From Deltaproteobacteria bacterium (GTDB lineage: Bacteria; Myxococcota; JACRCW01): 62,662 bases of DNA. The notes under the pieces were generated by a model that was not told where the DNA came from, searched no databases, and was given only the letters and a program-made list of their open reading frames with translations. Positions 1 to 8,285 of the stretch are shown here, one piece after another. The DNA lies in contig JACRCW010000164.1 in NCBI GenBank assembly GCA_016218805.1, forward strand, positions 1 to 62,662, given 5' to 3'. The translations under genes and the position numbers were made by a program. Position 1 is the first letter of the stretch. Every line of letters begins with the position of its first letter.

Positions 1-1088
1 CGCAGCGCCTGCCGCGCGTGCTCCATGGCGTCCTTGGGATTGTCCGTCCGGTAGGACGCGTAGGACAGGCGGTAACGCAGGTACGGGCTGTTGGGCGCCT
101 GGTTCACCGCCTGCTGGAACGCGAACCGCGCCGCATCCCAGCTGTCCTTCTGGATCTCCAGCTCGCCCGCCATGCGCAGCACGTCGGGATCGCGCGGGCG
201 CGCCGCCTGGACGCGCTTGAGCAGCGCCGCGGCCTCCTCATACCGCGCGTCCTCAAACAGCCTGCGCAGCAGCACCAGCCCCGCCAGCCGGTCCGCCGGG
301 TTGGCGTCCACGTGCTTCTGCAGGTCCGCGGCGGCCTTGGCGTCTCCGGTGAGCAGCCGAGCCGCCAGCAGCACGCCCTGGGACAACGGGTGGGCCTTGT
401 CCGTCCCGGCATCCTTGCACGACGCCATGGCCGTCTTGGGCGGCGTCACCTTGCGGCCCTTCACCGCCGCGCGCTCCAGCGCCACCGCGGTGAACGTCAC
501 GCACGCCGCGTAGCCCTTCTGCGCCTTGTCACCCGCCGGCACCGCGGGCGCCGCCAGTCCGGGCACGGACAGTTCGCGCCCCAGCGCCTCCGCCAGGCGC
601 GCAGCAACGTCCGCGGGCTGGCCCGTCACCGTCACCAGGTCCTTGGCCGCGCCCGCCAGCACGCCAAACTGGCGCACCTTGTAGGTCAGCGCGCCGCCCT
701 CCCCCGCCTCAAAGCTGCCAAACAGCACGTGCGTGGCACCGGACAGCTGGGCCAGCTTCTTGGCGGTGTTTTCGTCCAGCGGCGTGCCCGGCTTGACGCC
801 CAGGTCCTCCAGCATCTCCGCCTGCGCGCCCTGCGTGACCACGTTGACCGCCGGGCTGGACAGCGCGGCCTGCTCCAGCAGGACGGCCTGCAGCGTCCCC
901 TGGTGCGCGGCGGCGGGCTTGATTCCGGCGGCCGGGGCAAACGGCACCACGGCCACGTACGGCAGCGGCTTGTCCGCCACCGGCGCGGCGGGCGCGGGCG
1001 CCGGAGCCGGCGTTTGCGCGCGGACGGGAGTGGCGACGACAAAAGCGGCGGCCAGGATGGCCGGGAGCGGGAGCCGGGAGGTGCGCAT
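1..1088 (-). CDS. Secreted TPR-containing protein, 3' end runs off the window
   Basis: Manual translation from ATG at 1088: signal peptide MRTSRLPLPAILAAAFVVATPVRA, Pro/Ala linker, later TPR-like helices (AFQQAVNQAPNSPYLRYRLSYASYRTDNPKDAMEHARQAL). Missing from the ORF track because there is no stop in the window. Confidence 0.75.
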   Translation of the reverse strand, partial: MRTSRLPLPAILAAAFVVATPVRAQTPAPAPAPAAPVADKPLPYVAVVPFAPAAGIKPAAAHQGTLQAVLLEQAALSSPAVNVVTQGAQAEMLEDLGVKPGTPLDENTAKKLAQLSGATHVLFGSFEAGEGGALTYKVRQFGVLAGAAKDLVTVTGQPADVAARLAEALGRELSVPGLAAPAVPAGDKAQKGYAACVTFTAVALERAAVKGRKVTPPKTAMASCKDAGTDKAHPLSQGVLLAARLLTGDAKAAADLQKHVDANPADRLAGLVLLRRLFEDARYEEAAALLKRVQAARPRDPDVLRMAGELEIQKDSWDAARFAFQQAVNQAPNSPYLRYRLSYASYRTDNPKDAMEHARQAL

Positions 1089-1126
1089 GGACGCGCGTCC
1101 TAGCACGGCGGAAGCGGGCGGTGCGA

Positions 1127-2191
1127 CTAGCCCAGCACGCGCAGCAGGCGGGTGTGTTCCAACAGCAGGCCCAGGAACAGCAGCAGCACGGCGGGCCACA
1201 ACAGCAGCGGGAACACGTCCACCGGCCGCGCCCGGCCGCGCGCATCCTCCAGCTTGGTGCGGTCCATCTGGTCCAGGATCTCCGCAAAGCTCTGCACCAG
1301 CCCTTCGCGGTCCGCGGCCAGGAACATCTGCCCCGCCGTCACGGTGGCAATCTGCCGGAGCAGCGGCACGTTCACGGGCAGCTCCACCATTTCATAGGTG
1401 GGGTTCCCGAACAGGTCCTGCCCCGACGGATAGGGCACCTTGCCGCCGCGCCCGACCAGGACGGTGAACACCTTCACGCCCATCTTCTGGGCGATCTCCG
1501 CCGCCTGCTCCGGCGCGATCTGCCCCGCGTTGTTGTCGCCATCCGTGACGAGGATGACCACGCGGCTCTTGGCCTTGGAGTCCCGCAGGCGGTTGAGGGC
1601 CACCGCCAGGCCGTTGCCGATGGCGGTGCCGTCCTCAATGACGCCGGTCTTCAGCTCCTGGATGAGGTTGCGCAGCAGCATGTAGTCCAGCGTCAGCGGC
1701 GCCTGCGTGAACGCGTCCCGGGCAAACACCACCAGCCCAATGCGGTCATTCTTCCGGCTCATGATGAAGTCTGAAATGACCTCCTTGGCAACGAACAACC
1801 GGTCCTTGGGCTTGAAGTCCGCGGCGCGCATGGACGTGGACAGGTCCAGCGAAATCACGATGTCCACGCCCTGCGTGTCCTCCGGCAGGACCGCGCCTTC
1901 CACCTGTGGACGCGCCACGCACAGCGCGGCCAGCACCAGCCCCGTGCCGATGAGGATGGACGGCAGCGGCTGCAGCACCAGCGCGGCCGACGGTGGCAGC
2001 CCGCGCGTGACGTCCTGGCGGGAGAAGCGGAACGCGGGGCGCCGGCGGTTCTGCAGCACCATGGCGCCCAGCGCCAGCAGGACGGGCAGCAGCGCCAGCA
2101 GGCCCCAGGGCCAGGCCCACTGGAAGCGTCCCCACCCGCCTCCCTGCGCGGGGTCATTGAGCGCACTCCAGGCCTCCAGCACGCCGGTCAT
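1127..2191 (-). CDS. BatA-like VWA-domain membrane protein
   Basis: N-terminal FQWAWPWGLLALL BatA-type TM segment, MIDAS DLSTSM, GTAIGNGL, LVTDGDNN, C-terminal TM. Start trimmed to MTGVLE (ATG 2191). Confidence 0.85.
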   Translation of the reverse strand: MTGVLEAWSALNDPAQGGGWGRFQWAWPWGLLALLPVLLALGAMVLQNRRRPAFRFSRQDVTRGLPPSAALVLQPLPSILIGTGLVLAALCVARPQVEGAVLPEDTQGVDIVISLDLSTSMRAADFKPKDRLFVAKEVISDFIMSRKNDRIGLVVFARDAFTQAPLTLDYMLLRNLIQELKTGVIEDGTAIGNGLAVALNRLRDSKAKSRVVILVTDGDNNAGQIAPEQAAEIAQKMGVKVFTVLVGRGGKVPYPSGQDLFGNPTYEMVELPVNVPLLRQIATVTAGQMFLAADREGLVQSFAEILDQMDRTKLEDARGRARPVDVFPLLLWPAVLLLFLGLLLEHTRLLRVLG

Positions 2192-3273
2192 GCGTCCGCC
2201 CCCATGGCGGTGCTGGCCGCGGCGCCCACCGGACGGGTGGTCTCCACCACGTGCACCACGTCTTCCATGAGGCGCGCGCAGTCCGCCACCGTCACGCTGC
2301 CGCGCGCAAACTTCACCTGGTCCGCCAGGGCCAGCACGGCGCGGACCTTGTCCAGGGACAACCGGCCCAGGCGCCGGCGGTCCGGCTGCGCCACCGCGCG
2401 CACGGCGGCGGGCCCCAGCGCGGCCAGCGCCTCCTCGGTGGTCTGCTCCAGCACGGGCACCTGGTAGGAGGCTTCCAGGTATTCGCGGGCAATCTGCACG
2501 GCCTCCTCCGCAAACTCCGCGGTTTTGCCCCGCTCCAGCAGGCCGGACTGGCGCAGCGCCTCCAGCTTCTCCAGCGCGAGGCGATGCGGCACCACCGGCG
2601 GCGGCGGCGGCGCCGCGCGCGCCACGACGGCTTCCACCGGGCGCCGGCGGTCCAGCCACCAGACCAGCGCCCACAACAGGGCCAGCCACCCAAGCAGCGC
2701 GGGCCACGCCAGGAAGCGCGGATCCTCGCGATAGATGGGGACGGGGGGCGCCATGGGGGCGGGTTCCGCCTTGGGGTCCGCGGCCCCCAGCCGCACCACG
2801 TCCACCGGCAGCGCGTCAATGGTGAGCGCGCCGTCCGCCACGTCAATCCCGGGGATCTTCAGCGTCATGGCGGGCGTCTCAACGTCCTCCAGCTGGAACG
2901 CCTGCAGCGGGAAGCGGAACGTCTCCACCACGGAATCGCGCGGCTTTCCGTCGGGCCCGCGGCGGGTGGCTTCGGCCTCCACGGCGCGCTGCACCGGGCC
3001 GGCGCTCTCCAGCTTGCCCCAGGTGAGTGACTCCGGGAGCACCACCTTGTGACCGGCCGGGTGCCGCACCTCCACCACCAGGTGGAACACGTCCCCCAGG
3101 TTCACGCGCGCGGGTTCCGGGTAGGCGCGCACGGCCACGTCACCGTCCGGAAAGCGCGGCTTGTCCGCCACGGCCGCGGCTCCCGCGTCCGGCACCGGCG
3201 GGGGCGGCCCCGAGGAGCCAGCTCCCGGCGCGGCCACGAGCCACAGGACGAAGGGCGCAGCGACGGACACCAT
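2188..3273 (-). CDS. BatD/DUF4381-like membrane protein of a MoxR-Bat type cluster
   Basis: Signal peptide, Ig-like segment (VNLGDVFHLVVEV), TM helix, then PHRLALEKLEAL...LEQTTEE...ADQVKFAR. 4-bp overlap with the VWA gene. Confidence 0.7.
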   Translation of the reverse strand: MVSVAAPFVLWLVAAPGAGSSGPPPPVPDAGAAAVADKPRFPDGDVAVRAYPEPARVNLGDVFHLVVEVRHPAGHKVVLPESLTWGKLESAGPVQRAVEAEATRRGPDGKPRDSVVETFRFPLQAFQLEDVETPAMTLKIPGIDVADGALTIDALPVDVVRLGAADPKAEPAPMAPPVPIYREDPRFLAWPALLGWLALLWALVWWLDRRRPVEAVVARAAPPPPPVVPHRLALEKLEALRQSGLLERGKTAEFAEEAVQIAREYLEASYQVPVLEQTTEEALAALGPAAVRAVAQPDRRRLGRLSLDKVRAVLALADQVKFARGSVTVADCARLMEDVVHVVETTRPVGAAASTAMGADA

Positions 3274-3366
3274 GCGGAGGGCGTTCTTTGTGGTCGACGC
3301 CCCGCCGGGGTCAAGCCTCCGACCCGCGGTGCTTTTTGCCCCAGGCTGACCTACACGTGGGGGCCC

Positions 3367-4950
3367 GTGACCTGGGTGGCGCCTCTCCTGCTGCTGGTGC
3401 TTGCTGCGGACCCGGACCCCGGGACGCGGGCGCGGGAGGTCACGCCGGACGCCGCGGAGGAGGACGCAGACGCGGACCCGCCCGCGCGGGACCTGGCCAA
3501 CCCCGCTGAAATCCTGGCCGACCGGACGCGGCCGCCCGTGCAGCGCCGCAATGCGGCGCGCAAGCTGGCCCGGATGCGCTGGGAGGGCTCCGCGGAGGCG
3601 CTGTCCGCGGCGCTGCGCACTGACCCGGCCCCGTCCGTAAGGGTGGTGGCTGCCGCGGCGCTGGGCGCCCGGGTGGAGGGCGGCGGCGTGCTGGCGGAGG
3701 CGCTGCAATGGGACCCCGACGCGCGGGTCCGGCGGGCGGCAGCGGGCGCGCTGGGGGCGATGGGCGCGGACGGGACGCGGCAGGAGACCGCGCTGCTGGC
3801 GGCACTGGATGATCCGGCCCAGCCGGTGCGGCTGGAGGCGGCCCGCGCGCTGGAGCGGGTGGGCAGCCGGGCGTCCGTGGACGTCCTGCGTGACGCACGG
3901 CGTGACGCGGCCGGGGGACCCGAGCGGACGGCGCTGCGGCGCGCGCAGCGGGCATCCGAAGCCCACGCCCGCGAGCACGACCGGCGCCGCCGCGCCGACG
4001 AGGAAACGCGCGTGGCCATGGCCGACCCCGCCACCAGCGCGCCGCTGCTGGCGCGGGCATGGCGGCACGGTGGCGTGGTGGTGGCCACGCTGCATGGCGG
4101 CCTGGCGGGTGGGCTGATGGGCGGCCTGGCGCCGGCGGCCCTGGGCGGGTCCCGCTGGGCGTTCACCTGGCCGCTGGGTGCGGCCTTTGGCCTGGCGGCC
4201 GGAGCGGCGTCCGGCGTGGGTTACGCGGCCGTCCGCGGGTTTGACCTGCCCGTGCCGGACGCGGTGCTCATTGCCGTGCATGGCGGAAGCGGGCTGGCTG
4301 CGGGAGTGGGGCTGGGTTTGTGGCTGAACCGGTCATCTCCCATGCAGATGGCGGGGCTGGGCATCCTGGGCGGGACCGCGTTCACGCTGGTGTCTGCCGG
4401 TGTGTCCCCGTGGGTGAAGTCCCGCCTGTCCGTGCCCATGTGGGCGGGCAGCGGAGGGCTGGTGGGTGGCGCGCTGGCGCTGGCCGCCGCCGGCGCCGCC
4501 GGTCATGACGTGCGGCACCAGCCTGAGCTGGCGCTGGGCCTGGCGTTTGTGGGCCAGGGCGCGGGCACGCTGCTGGGCACGGCGGTGGCCGCGGGGGTGC
4601 CCGTGACGTCGCTGGACGCGGCGCTGGTGGACGTGGGGACCCTGCTGGGCGGCGCGTTGGGCACCGGCGCGCTGCTGGTGCTGTCGCGTTCCGGGCGCTC
4701 GCCGCCGGCGTTGTTGACGTGGGGTCCGGTGGTGGGCGGCATTGCCGTGGGGGCGGGAGGCGGGGCCGTGGTGGCCGCGCTGCTGCCCGCGGCCTGGGAG
4801 CGGCGGGTGGAGGCCGCGCTGGAGCCGGTGGACTGGCCGTTCAAGCTGGTCCCGCAGCTGCCGTTGCCCGTGCCGCTGGCCACGGATGACGGGCGGCGGT
4901 CACGCACCACCGGCGCGGTGGTGCCGGTGCTGGGCGGCACGTTCCGCTGA
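3367..4950 (+). CDS. HEAT-repeat protein with a Gly/Ala-rich multi-pass C-terminal region
   Basis: Repeats DPAPSVRVVAAAALG / DPDARVRRAAAGALG / DPAQPVRLEAARAL. Likely GTG start at 3367. Confidence 0.7.
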   Translation: MTWVAPLLLLVLAADPDPGTRAREVTPDAAEEDADADPPARDLANPAEILADRTRPPVQRRNAARKLARMRWEGSAEALSAALRTDPAPSVRVVAAAALGARVEGGGVLAEALQWDPDARVRRAAAGALGAMGADGTRQETALLAALDDPAQPVRLEAARALERVGSRASVDVLRDARRDAAGGPERTALRRAQRASEAHAREHDRRRRADEETRVAMADPATSAPLLARAWRHGGVVVATLHGGLAGGLMGGLAPAALGGSRWAFTWPLGAAFGLAAGAASGVGYAAVRGFDLPVPDAVLIAVHGGSGLAAGVGLGLWLNRSSPMQMAGLGILGGTAFTLVSAGVSPWVKSRLSVPMWAGSGGLVGGALALAAAGAAGHDVRHQPELALGLAFVGQGAGTLLGTAVAAGVPVTSLDAALVDVGTLLGGALGTGALLVLSRSGRSPPALLTWGPVVGGIAVGAGGGAVVAALLPAAWERRVEAALEPVDWPFKLVPQLPLPVPLATDDGRRSRTTGAVVPVLGGTFR

Positions 4951-4992
4951 GGCTTGACGCCGCCGCCCGTCGGGGCGGTAGAGGAAGCCGCG

Positions 4993-5907
4993 ATGGAGAT
5001 CATCGACATCGACCGGCTCATGAGCCTCCGCCCAGCCGGCATCCGGTCGCGCTTGGAGCCGGGGGATGAACTCCTCCCGCTGGCACCTCCGACGCTGCTG
5101 CCCGCGTTGCGCGCGCCGCTGCTGGACGTGCCGGGCGCGTGGGGCGGCTGGGTGCAGTCGGTGATGGTGGGGGCGTCCCGCGCGGACGCGCCGCTGTGCG
5201 TGTCCCTGGACGCGGAGGGCGGGGCGGAGCGGGGCGGCCCGCGCGGCCTGCACGAGGGCGTGGGCGCGCTGCTGGACCACGCGCGCCGCGCGCGGTTCCG
5301 GCGGCCGCTGGTCATCCACGCGCGCCTGGGCACCGTGGACGCGCATGACCAGGACAGCGTGGACCTGGCGCGGCTGCGCGTGCTGGAGGCGGTGGACGCG
5401 GGGGCCACCAGCGTACAGCTGGGCGCATTTGGCGAGCCGGATGACGCCGCGGCGCTGCTGCGCGAGCTGCTGCTGCCCGCCGCGGACACGGGGATGGGCA
5501 TTGTGGTGCAGCTGCTGGATGGCGAGCAGGCGCCGACCGTGGGCCGCGAGCTGCCCGCGGCCTTCCACGTGGACGCCTGGACCGGGCCGGCGCCGGCGTC
5601 GCTGTCCCCGCGGCGGGACATGCTCCGCGAGGATTCCTTGGTGGGTCCGCTGCCGGCGTGGATTGACGCCACGGTCCTGCTGGGCAAGGTCATCCGCGCG
5701 GTGGCAGCCACGGACGCTGAGCTGCAGACGGCCGCCGGGCTGCTGGGCCTGTGGGGCCGCAAGGACGACCCGCGCCACGAGCGGCTGGACGCCATGCTCT
5801 CCATGGAAACGGAAGAACTGTTCACCCGGCTGAAGGCGCGCGGCAGTGCGGGCCACGCCATGGTGGAACTGTCCAAGGAAGAGCCGCCGCCGCCCTTCGG
5901 CGAATGA
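4993..5907 (+). CDS. Degenerate class II fructose-bisphosphate aldolase-like TIM-barrel protein
   Basis: GASRADAPLCVSL...RPLVIHARLG...EAVDAGATSVQL parallels the FBA-II PVxLHLDH...AIxAGFTSVMxD pattern but lacks the DH residues. RBS GAGGA upstream. Confidence 0.5.
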   Translation: MEIIDIDRLMSLRPAGIRSRLEPGDELLPLAPPTLLPALRAPLLDVPGAWGGWVQSVMVGASRADAPLCVSLDAEGGAERGGPRGLHEGVGALLDHARRARFRRPLVIHARLGTVDAHDQDSVDLARLRVLEAVDAGATSVQLGAFGEPDDAAALLRELLLPAADTGMGIVVQLLDGEQAPTVGRELPAAFHVDAWTGPAPASLSPRRDMLREDSLVGPLPAWIDATVLLGKVIRAVAATDAELQTAAGLLGLWGRKDDPRHERLDAMLSMETEELFTRLKARGSAGHAMVELSKEEPPPPFGE

Positions 5908-6807
5908 TCAGGCGGTGAGGCGCGGGACTTCGCTGGCCTCGGCCATGGCCCCGGCGGTCACGTCCAGTTCCTGGCTGGCCGTCTCCAGCATCTCCGCCAG
6001 GCGCGCGGCCTCATCCTGCTGCACGGACCGCTCCTGCGCGGCGTAGGCCATCACGGACAGGCGGGCCGTCTCCAACAGCGCCACCTGGGACCGCACGCGC
6101 GCCAGCGCCCGCTCGCCCTGCGCGCGGATGCGGCGGACCGCTTCGGCCTGCGCCACCAGCGCCGCCTCGGTGCGCGCGTACTCGCCGCGCGCCAACTCGT
6201 CGTCGGCGCGCTCGCGTTCGGTGCGCACGCCGGCCAGCTGGGATTCAATGCGGTGCTCCAGCGCCTCGCTGCCCGTGCGGCCAATGCCGGCCCAGCCCTG
6301 CGCCGTGCGCTCCATGCTGGTGAGCAGCGTGGCGCTCTTGTGCCGCAGCGTCTCCACCGCCGGCCCGCTGATGCGGTTCTGCCGGATGTCATCCAGCAGC
6401 GCCCGGTGCGCCGTCCGCGCCTGCTCCAGCACGTCCCCCCACGCGCCCGCGGGACGCAGAGGCTCCGGCGCGGACGCGCGCACGCCCGCCAGCACATAGA
6501 GCCCCACCAGCGCGCCCGCGGCCAGCGCCGCCTCCGGTGCCAGGGACCAGCTTGACCCCACCAGGACCAGGCGGCCCGCCACCGGGATGGAAACCACCGC
6601 GGCCAACCAGGTCAGCGGCGCGGCGGCGCGCAGCCCCGCGCCCATGTGCAACGCCAGCAGCACCGCCGGGAAAGCCTGCAGCGCGGCGCGCGTGCCGGTG
6701 AGCGGGAGGCCCGTGGCATCCAGGGCCACCTGCGTGAGCACCAGGGCGGTGGCGCCGGTGACAACGGGGGCCAACGCCTGGCGGAAGGAAGAACGGGTTG
6801 CGTCCAT
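5908..6807 (-). CDS. Hypothetical membrane protein, 4 TM segments plus C-terminal coiled coil
   Basis: Hydrophobic N-terminal half, heptad-rich C-terminal half. RBS AAGGAG upstream, 12 bp after the VWA gene. Confidence 0.7.
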   Translation of the reverse strand: MDATRSSFRQALAPVVTGATALVLTQVALDATGLPLTGTRAALQAFPAVLLALHMGAGLRAAAPLTWLAAVVSIPVAGRLVLVGSSWSLAPEAALAAGALVGLYVLAGVRASAPEPLRPAGAWGDVLEQARTAHRALLDDIRQNRISGPAVETLRHKSATLLTSMERTAQGWAGIGRTGSEALEHRIESQLAGVRTERERADDELARGEYARTEAALVAQAEAVRRIRAQGERALARVRSQVALLETARLSVMAYAAQERSVQQDEAARLAEMLETASQELDVTAGAMAEASEVPRLTA

Positions 6808-6819
6808 GGCTCGCTCCTT

Positions 6820-8214
6820 TCACTGCGCCAGATCAAACGCGCGGGCCGTGGCGCCGTTGGCCGCCATGCCGGGATCGGTTTCCTTGTCCGCGTCGTCCAC
6901 AAACAACCGCAGCGCCCGGGCCTTGGGAGCCAGCGCGGGCTGCTTGCGCGCCGCCTCGTCCATCTTGTTGGCCACCTCGCGCAGGCGCAGCACGCCGCCG
7001 CCTGAATCACCGCGGGAATACGCCTCCGCCGCCGCCTTCACCTCCGTGGCCGCCGCTGCCAGCAACGCCTGCCCCATCACCCACTCAATGCGCGACCGCG
7101 CCACCGCCGCGGCGTCGTCGGAGACGGACGCCAGCAACGTGCCGTCGGTGTCCACCGTGGTGGAGGACTGGCGGCCCACCGCGTGCACTGCGAACGACCA
7201 CCCCGACACGTTCTCCGCCGGGAGGTGGACGCGGAACATCACGTGGCGCCGGTCACCCGCGGCCACGTCACCCACGCGCGCCCAGACGGTGCGGCCCTGC
7301 ATCTCCGGAATGGCCCCGGAGGTGGCGCCCAGCGTGGCACCGTCGGGGAGCGCCAGGCGCACGCGCACGTCCCGCACCGCCAGCCGGCCGCTGGCGTTCA
7401 GTTCCGCCTGCAGCGCCTCACGGATGCCCGCGCCGTCACGGATGAAGCGGAAGTTGCCGCCCGCCGCCACCGCCACGCGCTCCATCAGCCCGCCCGGTGC
7501 CTGGCTGCCCACGCCCAGCGTGGTCACCGTCACGCCCTGGGACGCAGCCTCGCCCGCCAATGACAGGATCGACGCCGCACGCACGTCGCCCTCGGTGGGC
7601 ACGCCGTCAGAGACCAGCACCACGCGGTGGATGGGCGCACCGGACCGCGCCGCCTCCGCCACCGCCAGCGACAAACCGCCGTGCAGGTGCGTCCCGCCGC
7701 GCGCGTGCATGGCATCCACCACCGCCAGCGCCGCCGCCTTCCCCGCCGCGTCCGCCCGCGTCAAAGGAAGATCCACGCCGGGCCGCGTGGAGAAGCTCAC
7801 CAGGGCCAGCTCGTCATCTTCAGACAGTGACCGGATGAACCACCGCGCGCTCTCCAGCGCCTGGTCCATGTTCCGCCCCGCCATGGAACCGCTGCGGTCC
7901 AGGCACAGCACCAACGCCCGGGACTGCCCGGACTGCGCGCGCGTGCCTTCCACCTCCATGGCCACGTCCACCACCTGCTCCGTCGCGCGCGCCACCACGG
8001 CCTGGGACAACCCGGCGCGCAGCACCGCGGAGGACCCCAGCGGCAGACTGATCTCCGCGCGGGACGGATCTGCGGGGACATGTGGGGAAACCGGCGGCGG
8101 CACCGGATCCGGTGGGGTGTAGGGCGCCGGGCCGGTGCGCATGGGAAGCGCCAACACCGCGGCAGAAATCAGGAAACAACCACCGAGAAGACCGTAGCGC
8201 TCCAGCTTGGACAT
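6820..8214 (-). CDS. VWA-domain protein (YfbK/CLCA-like), N-terminally anchored
   Basis: MIDAS DRSGSM, GGTHLHGGL, LVSDGVPT, N-terminal TM helix. Confidence 0.85.
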   Translation of the reverse strand: MSKLERYGLLGGCFLISAAVLALPMRTGPAPYTPPDPVPPPVSPHVPADPSRAEISLPLGSSAVLRAGLSQAVVARATEQVVDVAMEVEGTRAQSGQSRALVLCLDRSGSMAGRNMDQALESARWFIRSLSEDDELALVSFSTRPGVDLPLTRADAAGKAAALAVVDAMHARGGTHLHGGLSLAVAEAARSGAPIHRVVLVSDGVPTEGDVRAASILSLAGEAASQGVTVTTLGVGSQAPGGLMERVAVAAGGNFRFIRDGAGIREALQAELNASGRLAVRDVRVRLALPDGATLGATSGAIPEMQGRTVWARVGDVAAGDRRHVMFRVHLPAENVSGWSFAVHAVGRQSSTTVDTDGTLLASVSDDAAAVARSRIEWVMGQALLAAAATEVKAAAEAYSRGDSGGGVLRLREVANKMDEAARKQPALAPKARALRLFVDDADKETDPGMAANGATARAFDLAQ

Positions 8215-8244
8215 GGGGAGCCTCCGAGGGGGACTCCCTGATGG

Positions 8245-8268
8245 AACGCATCCGGACCCGTTTGGTTC
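8245..8268 (-). promoter_or_regulatory. Putative ECF-sigma promoter (GAACC-N15-CGTT)
   Basis: Minus strand GAACCAAACGGGTCCGGATGCGTT, about 30 nt upstream of the VWA gene start. Confidence 0.4.
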
Positions 8269-8285
8269 TCCGCTCCCCCCGCCCG

